60,340 nucleotides of DNA from positions 124,001 to 184,340 of the forward strand of contig JAMDHS010000042.1 of the NCBI GenBank assembly GCA_029717555.1. The letters run 5' to 3'. This stretch comes from Peribolospora baueri. Taxonomy: Eukaryota. The notes below the pieces were generated by a model, which saw only the letters and a program-made list of their open reading frames with translations, was not told the DNA's origin and did no database searches. Of the stretch, positions 42,170-52,161 are shown one piece after another. Numbering within the stretch: the first letter of the stretch is position 1; each line of letters starts with the position of its first letter. Position numbers and translations under genes: made by a program.

Positions 42170-45100
42170 TATCGTCATCGTCGCCGTTGTTGGCGGCGGC
42201 ATCGTCCTCCACGACTCCATTCACCATCCATAGCCGTGTCCGCGCTCTACACTCCTCCACGTTTCGAAGACTCGCCTCGGACGTCGAGTATGGTGGAGAC
42301 GCCGCTCGCGGCTCGGCCTGGTTGCCGAGAGAGGCTGTCGTAGGCGGCGGCGGCGGAGGAGGAAATGACGGCGGTGGAGGCGGTGGGGGCGGCGGCGGGA
42401 AGGACTCGGGAAGCGACGCTCGGCTCGCAGGTGTCGGTGAGTGGAGTCTCGCCATTTTCTTTCTTTCTTTTTTTTTTTTTACATGCGCCAACCTTTTTTC
42501 ATCGTTCACCTCTCCGGCCCCTTGACGCCATCCCCCTCCCGCTCCCGTCCAGACCCGTCCCCCTCCCCGATCCCCAACCCACGCCAGCTCGTCTCCTATC
42601 TCGATTCGTTCGTCGTAGGCCAGCATCGAGCGAAGAAGGTCTTGGCCGTCGCGGTGTATAACCATTATACACGGGTACGGTGAGTTTGGAGAGCTGACTC
42701 GGGCGATCATCTCCCCTTCGAGGCGGGCGTCTGATCGACTCTTTTATTTCCCCTACAGAGCGAACCTTCAACGTCAAGCCCTTCTTGAGGACCGTCGTTT
42801 AGCGCGCGCAGCCGCTCTCGAAGAGGCAGCGCTCGTTCAGGAGCGCCAAGACGAGGAGGCGCTCCTCTCCCAACTCGCCAAAGATGCCCGTCGCGATGAT
42901 GGCCCACACGCAACGGCAACGGCTAAGGGTTCGAGCCCGTTCCAAGTCGACAGGCGCGAGGGGCAGGAGGACGAGCGATGGAGAGAGAAGGAGGGGACGA
43001 GGTGGGAGGAGGAGGGCGTAGACGACGGCGACCTCGAAGGCCTGCGCGGAACGAGCGCCAAGTTGGGCCGCTCCAAAGTCGACGGCACTCTCTCTCGCAA
43101 GCCGACCACGTCTCCGGAACCGGACCCGCATCTCCCTTCTTCGGGCACCGCCAGGAGGGGTACAGGAGGTCCACAGCCGACGTCCAAGTCTCGATCGGCT
43201 TCAGCGGCCAGGAACGAGGACAAGGGGAGGAGGCACAAGCAGCAAAAGGCGGCAGAGGCAGAGGAGAGGGATCTCATGACCGACTTTCCTGGCCAGAAGA
43301 AGATTGGCGTTCCCGTAGAAGAGCTTGGTAAGCATTCTTCTCATGTTCCTTTACCTCGGTTTGCGGAGCTTCCATGGTGGCATCGGGAGGCACGCTGATG
43401 CTTCGCCATTTCCGTCTCCTGTCAGTCGACCCTTCACCACCTCCGTCTCGTCGAGACCCTTCCTGGGTTGACGTCCGTTTCTTCTCTCCACGCCCCTTTG
43501 CGCCCCAGCGACGCTCGCGGCTATCCTCCAATTTTGAGTCGGTGCCATCGGAGCGCCAGTCTCCCACCCAGCACCTAGCGCGAGAGCCACCACCGCCACA
43601 AGCCCAGACGGATACGGATCAGCTAGCGGACGAACCCCTCGCCGCAGACCCCCGCATCTCCCACGCTTTCCACCGTCCGTCTCCATCTCAAACCCACGGC
43701 AGCTCCTCCCCTCGCGGCCCATTCTACGTTAGTCCAGAAGCAACACTCGTTCCCGGAAGACGGGGGAATAACCCAGACAATCCGGGAGTCGGCTCCCCGC
43801 TCCGGTCGGGCCTTGAGTCTAGGCCACGGTTGCCATCTTCCAACTCGGCTCTGAGCGCTACGCCTGGCTCTTCGACTAGCGTTACCGCCAATGCCCCCGG
43901 CTCCGGGCACGCGGCTCCTCCCACTCCTTCTTCTGCTCTACCCTCTTCGTCAGACCGGCAAGAACGTCCGGATTCTTCTCCGACAGTGGATACCGCAGCC
44001 CGCTTCGACATGGCTGGGGGCGAACGAGGTATGCCGGGAGGCGCTCGTCTGGAAGCCGAAGAGTGGTCGGATTGGGAGGATGGCGGGCCTCGGTTCGAGA
44101 AGAGTAACGTCATCGTAGTCGGTCCCACCGGAAGCGGAAAGAGTGAGTCGAGTCCGAATTCGTGTCTTAAGTCGCTCTTTTCCTTCTTGACCTTTAAAAG
44201 CTTCATGTGTGCCTTTTGAGACGGACGCATCTCGTTCTGTTGCGATGGCGAATGGTTCGCTGAGTCCCTCATGTTTCTCTTTCTGTTCTCCTTGTCTTTC
44301 TTCTCCTTCACCCCTCAACAATCGCGTTCCCGCCCGTCGTCTCCCGACCCAAATCGCGAACAAAGCGTTACTGGCTCGGACCCTCGCCAAGGTGCTCCAA
44401 GTTCCGTTTGCGCATGTTGACGCCACGCCGTTCACCCAAGCTGGATGTGAGCCTTTCACGAATTCCGCGTCCCTCCCCCTCCCCATTCCGTCTTAGGGTC
44501 GCACGACAGTCGGCTGACGGCCATTTTTTGTGTTCGTTTACCTCCATTCGACTTGTACGCGTCTTTGCTCGACACTCTCTGTAGATGTTGGAGAGGATGT
44601 GGAAAGCTGCATCCAGCGTCTCCTTCAAGCGGCCGATTGGGACGTCCAACGTGCTGAGATCGGCATCGTGTGTATCGACGAGGTAAGCGCTTCGTTCAGC
44701 CGTCGTTGTGTCTTTTTTTTCTCGCTCACCCAGTCTGGCTTGGATAGGAGCTCATATGTGCTCGTACGCTGACTTCTTTGATTGCCGTGACCTGGCAGAT
44801 TGACAAGATCGCCCGCAGGCCGGGAGAGTCTTACACCAAGGACGTCTCAGGCGAAGGCGTACAACAAGCCTTGCTGCGCATGCTCGAAGGCTCTGTCGTC
44901 CAAGTCTCCGACAAGGGTGTCTCTTCCTCCTCCTCGTCCTCCTCCCCTTCTTCAACCTCTGTTGGCTCCGGGCTCGGTACGAGCGGCTTGGATACCTCCG
45001 GTGCTGGCTCGGGGTTGTTAAGCAAGCTGGGAGGGAGGTCGAAGGGTGGTGCGGGTGCGTTGGGCCGGAAGGGCGGACCTGGTATGGGTGGGTCTCTGCA

Positions 45101-46274
45101 GGGCGAGGGAGGGCCCGGGAACGGTGAGTCATGATCCTTCGAAATTGAGCATTTCCGAGCTGCGTGACTGAAATCAAGCGTCGTTACAGGCAAGACGTAC
45201 CAGGTCAACACGGAGAACATCCTATTTGTCTTGACGGGAGGTGAGCTCCGATTCGTCCGTTTGCGCCTGTCACATTGGGTCGGAAACTGATGCGCATCGG
45301 CGTCTCTCTTCGCTCACGTTCGCCACCAGCCTTCGTCGGCCTGGACAAACTGGTCCGCGACCGCGTCTCGCGCTCGTCAATCGGTTTCGGCGCGCACGTC
45401 CAAGACCGGGAGGACCTGTCGATCCGGGACGAACGGCTGTTCGCGAGCAACCCGTTCCTCTTCCGTCACACTTCCCCGGACGTTTCTTCGCGGGCCGCTA
45501 GTCGGACGCAGAAGGGCCAAGGCGGGAAGGAGGGGTGGGAGTCGGAACACGGACGCGCACATATGCTCGATCTTGTCGAACCCGCGGATCTAGTTTCTTA
45601 TGGACTGATCCCAGAATGTGAGTGACGATGGCGATCCTTGGGTCATTTTCTGGACGGAACAGAGCCGAGTTGGCTGAGTGATATATATATATATATTTGG
45701 TTTCCTCTCTCATCGCGCTTCTTTAGTCGTCGGCAGGCTGCCCGTAGTCGCATCACTTCACTCCCTCTCCGAATCCGACCTCTTCAGAGTCTTAACCGAA
45801 CCACGGAACGCGCTCGTGGCACAATACGAGTCGCTCTTTGCCTGCTCCTCCGTCCTCCTCCGCTTCACCTCTCTGGCGCTGCGCGAGATTGCCCATCAAG
45901 CGATTGCAAAAGAGACTGGCGCTCGCGGCCTACGTAGGATCATGGAGAACTTACTTCTCGACGCCATGTACGCTGCGCCCGGGAGTGGCGTCTGGGGCGT
46001 CCTCGTGGACGAGGCGGCGGCGAAGGGCGAGAGGGAGGTGGGCATGTGCAGCCGCGGCCAGAAGTACCTGTTCTGGAACAAGCTCGAGGAAGAGGAAGCG
46101 CGCGAGCGTGATCGCGAGCGGGCCGCGCAGGGCGACCCGTCCGATGGTGACGATGGGCCGGGAGCGGCGGAGGATGGAGACAACTCGTCGGCGGAGCGTC
46201 AGCTGGAGAAGGAGGTGCGGCAGAGGGAGAGAGAGCGGGAGGAGAGGGCGCAAAGGAGAGCTGTCAGCGTCTAG
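41956..46274 (+). CDS. CLPX: Mitochondrial ClpX-type AAA+ unfoldase (Mcx1/CLPX)
   Basis: Presequence; [118 protein letters not shown]. Confidence 0.95.
42112..42182 (+). repeat. Coding (TCA/CCA/TCG)n trinucleotide tract giving poly-Pro/poly-Ser in the ClpX N-terminus
   Basis: Run of tcatcatca... encoding [23 protein letters not shown]. Confidence 0.85.
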
Positions 46275-46644
46275 ATCCGATTCCTTCTTTCCTCGAGACG
46301 CGTCCTGTAATTCTAGCCGTTCCCGTCTACATACATGACTGGCCTCTCTCTCCCCACGACAGCCACTTTCGGCCACTGGACAAGAATAGGGACTTTCATT
46401 GCGATCACGTGATGTAGTTCTACCCCGCACAGCGCTCGTTCCCCTTCATCCGCACGACCCGATCACTGCGATCACTCAGCACGGGGAGCCATTCTGTCTC
46501 CCTTCCACATCTGTTCCCTGTTCTTGCCTACCGCATATCCTTGATCCGTACAAGAAAGGCCTCTGGAGAGCATTCCTTAAAGGACCACCACCCATTGGCA
46601 CTTGACTTTGAACCTGAGACGGAAGCGTGACGTTTGACGCCAAG

Positions 46645-47447
46645 ATGTCGATCAGGTACCATCGGGGCGTTCCCATCGTCACCCTCTTGTGAGTTCGCTC
46701 ATCACCCTGGACCCCTCACTGCCAGAGATCATCCACTATCATGTCAGTCTACTGTTGGGTCAGCGGGCCGACGGTCTGCTTCCTTCATTTTCCCGCGGCG
46801 AAACCCCACCCGATCGCAGCCATGACCCCGCCTCTCCCGCCTCCCAACAGGTCCTCCGCCTCCTCCAGTCAGCCCTCTCCCGCCCCTCCTCCCAAACTCT
46901 GCACGATGCGGCGACGAAGGACACGCCGGTGATCGATGATGGACCGTTGGACATTCGTCTGGAGGTTAACGATAAGAGTCAGACGCCGCCGACGAGCGAC
47001 CAGATGAGGAGCATCGCCTCCTATCTCAGGGAGCCGCCTAGCGCCAAGATGCGTGCCGCCGCTGGGATTGGCGTGAATGGCCCGGAGAGGGGTGGAAGTG
47101 AGGTCGGGGGTGCGAGCGCCGCGACGGCTGGGGATAGTGCGCCATCGGCTGGGACGGCTTCGGGCAAAGGCGGAACGAGTGGCGCGGCGGCAGCCATCGA
47201 CGCCACTTCCGCATCGCCTCCTACGTCAAACGATCCCTCCCCGGGAGGACTGGCAGGCCATCTGGCACCTCACCAGGCCGGTAGCATGTCTTCCATTCGG
47301 TATCCCATCGTGGTGGATTGGGAAGGAGGTAGAGCGGCGACCGACTTGGAGGGCGTGCAGGCCATGTTGCAGAGGTTGAGGGAGGAGCAGAGCAAAGAGA
47401 AGGCGAGAAGAAAGAGCGGTGCCGGATGGACATGCGATGTGATGTGA
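46645..47447 (+). CDS. FMP46: Thioredoxin-like DUF1687/Fmp46-family protein with C-terminal CaaX
   Basis: MSIRYHRGVPIVTLF|HDPASPASQQVLRLL (intron 46689-46819), LEV..PPTSDQMRSIASYL, YPIVVDWEGGRA; ends KEKARRKSGAGWTCDVM*. Confidence 0.75.
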
Positions 47448-49002
47448 GCACGTCGGGGGAGGGGCATGTCGCAATGAGAATGAAGCCGAAAGCACCGGGC
47501 CTTGCTTCCTTCCCGTGCAGACGTTCTTTGCACACGAATCACGACGCGGCGCGACTTTTCGACAAAGCGTGATAAAGCGCGACGACGGCCTGGCTGATGC
47601 TTCCCTGATCAAGCGAGGACGACAACTAAATCAAATGGTACCAATACCCTTCCAAACATCGTGAGGAAGACGTCCAGACCCCAGCGCACGAACGACGAGC
47701 ATTCCTTGAGGTCGATGTCGAGGGAATATATGAGGGATGTCACCACCGCACCTACGGTGAAGGCCATGCATGACTCCCAGGCCGGCGCCCATAGCCCACA
47801 CTCCGAAGTCAATTTCCGTGCGGAGCCTGCCCTGGCAGGAGATGATGAATGAGATTCCCCAGACGATGACGGCCGAGGCTAGAACTGCGACTGGACATGC
47901 GAACAAACGATGTATGTGCACTGGGAACAAGGAAACAATAACCAGAGACGAAAGAAAGGGAACGGCTCACCACCAGAGTGGAGTCGATCCTTGCACTCCT
48001 CCGTGAGCCTCGTCCGGTGCGCACGGGCCAGGCCCGCCCTGGCGTATGGACGGAGTACGACCTCCGGTGGGAATGAGACTCACCAGCAGATATGGCTTCC
48101 AGATTGTCACGCTCAGAGGTCCACTGCTGCAATGATTTTTATCCCTAGCACGGACACCAGGGATTACGAAGGCCTCCTGTGTGATGACGACGCGACGCGA
48201 CGCCGCTATGTCAGTCATATAGGTTGACGTATGTATGCTGCCGACCAGCGCAAGGCCAGAGCGCACGTACTCATACGTAGTAGTCATACTTCCACTCCAG
48301 TTCCTTTCTGAAGAGACCGTTGCCGTCGGCACCATGTTTTTACCGTCGTGTACAAGGTGATGAGCTGGCCGTGTTCAGCTCCTACTCTCTTGCTCCGGCA
48401 AGGAGCCAGCGAAACTCTTCGCGAAGTCCCCGGACCAGGTCGAGCAGTCTGGGTTCGAAATGATCAATGTTGAACAAGGCGAGCGGCCGAGGGGCAGAAA
48501 TGACAGAGAAGATTGGTTATGGAGAGGATTTGGCAAAAGAAAGAACGGCAAGGAACGCTCGTTACCGCATAACAGTGTCAAAAGATGCCTATGCTGGCAT
48601 TCGGAGGCACTGTACCGATCAGGGACGGGGGTGAGCTCGTCGCCGGTGTGGATGCGAGCCCACTTATGATCGCGCACGGCTAGGAAGAGCCACTATGAGC
48701 GAGCGAAGGAAGGAGCAAGGAGAGCGAAATGAAGAGGCGGCAGGATCGGGTTTGGCTTCCCTATTCCGTCGTTGCCATTGGCTATGTAGACAAGAACAGC
48801 CAAGTCAATGTAATTTAAGACCCCGTGAGGGTTCGTGTCCCTCTCCTTCTGCTGTGAGCCAGCAGACTTCAATCCGATCTGAATCGACTTGCTCGTCTAC
48901 CGCTTTCTCTATTCCCAGCCGCCTCGTGGCGAGGCCATAATGACATACGAGCGAATGTATGTCGTTTCGACAAATCATAAAACCGCGCACACCGCCGTGA
49001 GG

Positions 49003-51873
49003 TCAGTCAAAACCCCAAGCGGCAGCCTCGTCATCCTCTTCGTCCTTCGATGAGGCTGTTTCCATCCCGCCTTGCCTAGGTCCTGTGACTTCGGTAGCTT
49101 TCCCAGCGGCATCACCGATAGGATGAGCATGCGGAGCATGCGCACTTTCCTCATGTCCAGCCCCGTCCAGATCCCACGCTGCACCCTCGTCATTCACCGT
49201 TGCCGCCGCCGCTTCCCGATCCTCCTCAGACGTGCGGATTGGCCTCGCGGACAAGTCGAAGTCATCAAGAAGCTCACTTTCGTCCAGACCCCATGCGGCG
49301 CCCTCGTCCTCCTCCTCTACGGCCGCTTGCGCTGTTCGCTGGACACCTGCCGTGCGAGCTTCTCCAGGTGAGACGGAAGGCGGATGTTGCCGATTGCTTT
49401 GTCCCTGAACGTCATCGTCATCCACATCCCGGGCTGGCCTATCATTGTCCGCGTTCGTCACAGCCTGCTCTGGTGCAGCGGGCAGACTGGGAGGCTGGAC
49501 GTACGGGTATTCTTGAACTTCAGCATCGTCCAATTCCCATGCTCTGTCCCCGCCATCGGTATGCTCCACAGCCTGCTCCGCTTCAGCAAATGGACCTGAA
49601 GGCTGAAAGTGGAAGCTGTCCGGAGCTTTAGCTTCGTCGAAATTCCAAGTCGCACCCTCGTTCTCCACTTCTCCCACGGCCGCTACATTTTCACGGTCAG
49701 ACGCGGTGGCTTGCTGAGCAGGCCGCCGGTGTGGACGCTGAGCGTGCGCCTCGTCTTCTTCGTCCAGGTCCCAAGCTGTGCCATCCTCCTCCACCTCTCC
49801 CTCGGCGGCTACCTCTGCCATTTCACGGTCAGACGCGATGGCTTGCTGAGCAGGATGTTGGTGTAAACTCTGAGCATGCGCCTCGTTTTGGAGACCGGAT
49901 TCGTCCAGGTCCCAAGCTGTGCCTTCGTCCTCCTCTATGGCTGGGATTTCCTGGCCGAAACCCTGAAGCGCAACATCGTCCAGATCCCACGCTGCATCAT
50001 CTTTATCCTTCATCTCCGCCTCCGCGACAGGTATCCTTCCGTCACGGACTTCGACGATTTGTTGAGTAGCTGGGCTAGATAGTTGAGGATGCTGCACGTG
50101 CCCCTCGTGAACTCCATCTTCGTCCAGGCCCCAGGCTGCGTCATCGTCCGCCACCTTTTCCGTCGTCGGTTGTTCTTCCAAACTTTCGTTGATGACCACT
50201 GTCGGTTGCTCAGCAGAGGGGGCGACATGCTGACCCTGGAAGACGGTCGGCGTTACAGCCTGCTTATCGTCCCATGCTTCACCCTCACCCTCCTTCTCCT
50301 CTCCGGCAACTGTCGCTTCTACCCCTTCGTTAGCGAAGGCAGTGGCATCCTGATCAAAGCCGTCCGAACGTGTGTGATGCTTGGTAACACTCGGAGAGAC
50401 AGACTCGTGCAGATCCCATGCCGAAGCTTCATGCTCTTCTTCCCTCCTCGCTCCCTCGCCGTGTTCACCTGCAAACGAGGTGAAGTTTTGAAGGGACGGA
50501 TTGGTAGGGGGCACGTCCGAACCTTCCTGAGGCCCAGACTTGCCCAAATCCCATGGTATGTCCTTGTTGCTGTCCCGTTCCAATATTGATTCTGCCCGTT
50601 CGATATCAGCGGTAGCGAGCGGGACTAGAGACTGGGCCTGCTCAGTAGTAATGCCCTGAAGAGGTGGACTGGGAAGGCCAACTTGCAAGGCTGATTTTGC
50701 TCCAGACCCGGCCTCCACTTCGAGGTTCCACGCATCGACATCGACCTCCTCCGCTGGCAGAGCCGCCCATGCCGGCTTGTCACTCGTGTGGTCGATTTTC
50801 CGAGTAGACGGGCTAGGAAGCCGAACATTGTAGGGGTGAGTATTTGCCTGGTGCAGGTCCCACGCTGTCGCCTCGTCCTCCTTCTCCTGCACCAATGCCT
50901 CCTCGGCCCCTTCGTCACCGGTCGCCATAACTGGCTGAGTAGGGAGTACGTGAAGACTCGCCTCAGACTCAGCGTCATCCAGATTCCACGCTGCGTCGTC
51001 CTGGTCGTCCGCCTCTTTCGCCGGTCCTGCTGCTGCCCGCTCGTCTTCATTGGTGGTGACTGGCTGGACAAAGGGACGGCCAGGAGGTGGAGAATGTTCG
51101 AAATGTGACGTCTGGTCTTTGTACTGCGTCCATTCAGGTGCCGCGGCGTAGTTGACGGAAGCGGGTCTCTGCGGGCTTTGCTCCTTGGGCTCGTCATCGT
51201 CACGCCTCGCCGCTTCGCCACGTCCCGCAAAGTCTAATTCCGGCTTCCTCGACTCTGATCGCCAAGAAGGACTTTGGGATGGAGACTCATGTACGATCTT
51301 TGGTAGAGCACTTCGATCCCTCTCCGGAGTTCGCGGGTCGAAGGTCACGGACCGAGGTCTCTGCGGACTTCCCTGCGCTCCAGCAGCCTCAACATCTACC
51401 CGATATGGGACGTCCTGACCTGTCTCTTCCTGCTCCTTCCCCACCGTTTCGATGAGAGCACATCCCAGGCCCACGCCTTGCTCAACCTCCTCTGCCCTGC
51501 TCTTGACAGATTCAATCCGCCTTCCGAGCTCTTCCACTTGAGTGCGGCCTTGCCTCTTTTCGAGATCTTCCGGTGCTCCGCGAAAGTTGGAGACAGCATT
51601 CCTGGCCGAAGATATGAATGCCCGAGACAGCCTGAGAGAAGACTCTAGCTCTGGAGCTCCGGGGCTTTTCAGGGTTGTGGACGAACCCTTAGGGATGAGA
51701 GAGAGGAATTCTGAAGATGAGAGGGAGACGGGCGCTTGAGGAGACTGCAGAGCTTGAGGGAAGGGGGCGAAAAAGTTCGGAGGGAGGCAAGACAAGTCTG
51801 ATGCTATCTGAGATACTGATAGCTGAGGATTTGAGGCCTCCTTGGCCTTCCTTGAGGAGACCGTCGCGGCCAT
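49003..51873 (-). CDS. Uncharacterised 956-aa acidic protein: short helical N-terminal domain plus ~16 acidic A-W-(D/G/N)-L-D motifs
   Basis: Uninterrupted 2.87-kb ORF from the first ATG (51873). The protein-level periodic motif is conserved despite DNA divergence. Confidence 0.85.
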   Translation of the reverse strand: MAATVSSRKAKEASNPQLSVSQIASDLSCLPPNFFAPFPQALQSPQAPVSLSSSEFLSLIPKGSSTTLKSPGAPELESSLRLSRAFISSARNAVSNFRGAPEDLEKRQGRTQVEELGRRIESVKSRAEEVEQGVGLGCALIETVGKEQEETGQDVPYRVDVEAAGAQGSPQRPRSVTFDPRTPERDRSALPKIVHESPSQSPSWRSESRKPELDFAGRGEAARRDDDEPKEQSPQRPASVNYAAAPEWTQYKDQTSHFEHSPPPGRPFVQPVTTNEDERAAAGPAKEADDQDDAAWNLDDAESEASLHVLPTQPVMATGDEGAEEALVQEKEDEATAWDLHQANTHPYNVRLPSPSTRKIDHTSDKPAWAALPAEEVDVDAWNLEVEAGSGAKSALQVGLPSPPLQGITTEQAQSLVPLATADIERAESILERDSNKDIPWDLGKSGPQEGSDVPPTNPSLQNFTSFAGEHGEGARREEEHEASAWDLHESVSPSVTKHHTRSDGFDQDATAFANEGVEATVAGEEKEGEGEAWDDKQAVTPTVFQGQHVAPSAEQPTVVINESLEEQPTTEKVADDDAAWGLDEDGVHEGHVQHPQLSSPATQQIVEVRDGRIPVAEAEMKDKDDAAWDLDDVALQGFGQEIPAIEEDEGTAWDLDESGLQNEAHAQSLHQHPAQQAIASDREMAEVAAEGEVEEDGTAWDLDEEDEAHAQRPHRRPAQQATASDRENVAAVGEVENEGATWNFDEAKAPDSFHFQPSGPFAEAEQAVEHTDGGDRAWELDDAEVQEYPYVQPPSLPAAPEQAVTNADNDRPARDVDDDDVQGQSNRQHPPSVSPGEARTAGVQRTAQAAVEEEDEGAAWGLDESELLDDFDLSARPIRTSEEDREAAAATVNDEGAAWDLDGAGHEESAHAPHAHPIGDAAGKATEVTGPRQGGMETASSKDEEDDEAAAWGFD

Positions 51874-52161
51874 GCTTGTTTCTTGGGAGCTGTCGTCACC
51901 GTGGTGCCAGCGAGGCCTTTTGAACACAAGTTCGGTCAGATCGGACCCGCTGTGAGCAGTCGAGTAAGCAGCTCTTCGCTGGACAATCCCCACCCACCTA
52001 GCTTAGATTTACAATGAGTACGCTGCCTCCCAGAGTATTGAGCACGGTCGGACAGTGGATAAGTACGAGGAAATGGACCAGCTGGCACGACAACGGAGAC
52101 GTCGACTAACGGACCCTAATGGAAATATAACGGTCACGTGCCTGACGTCGATTAATTCGAC

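Noticed and set aside
47390..47447. CaaX terminus as a lipopeptide mating pheromone precursor
   Set aside because: It is the in-frame end of a ~220-aa Fmp46-like protein; no STE3 receptor or pheromone repeats nearby.
48805..49005. Stop-codon readthrough extension of the Trp-repeat protein (TGA-C followed by ~65 open codons)
   Set aside because: The context is TGA CCT, not TGA CTA, and the extension has no PTS1 or motif.
49003..51000. Periodic repeats as a CRISPR-like or satellite array
   Set aside because: Conservation is at the protein level inside one long ORF in a eukaryote; no invariant DNA repeat or cas genes.
51874..51993. ORF-track N-terminal extension of the repeat protein from a GTG start
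   Set aside because: Non-ATG start in a eukaryote; the region begins with a GTGGGT donor-like sequence, likely a 5' UTR intron.
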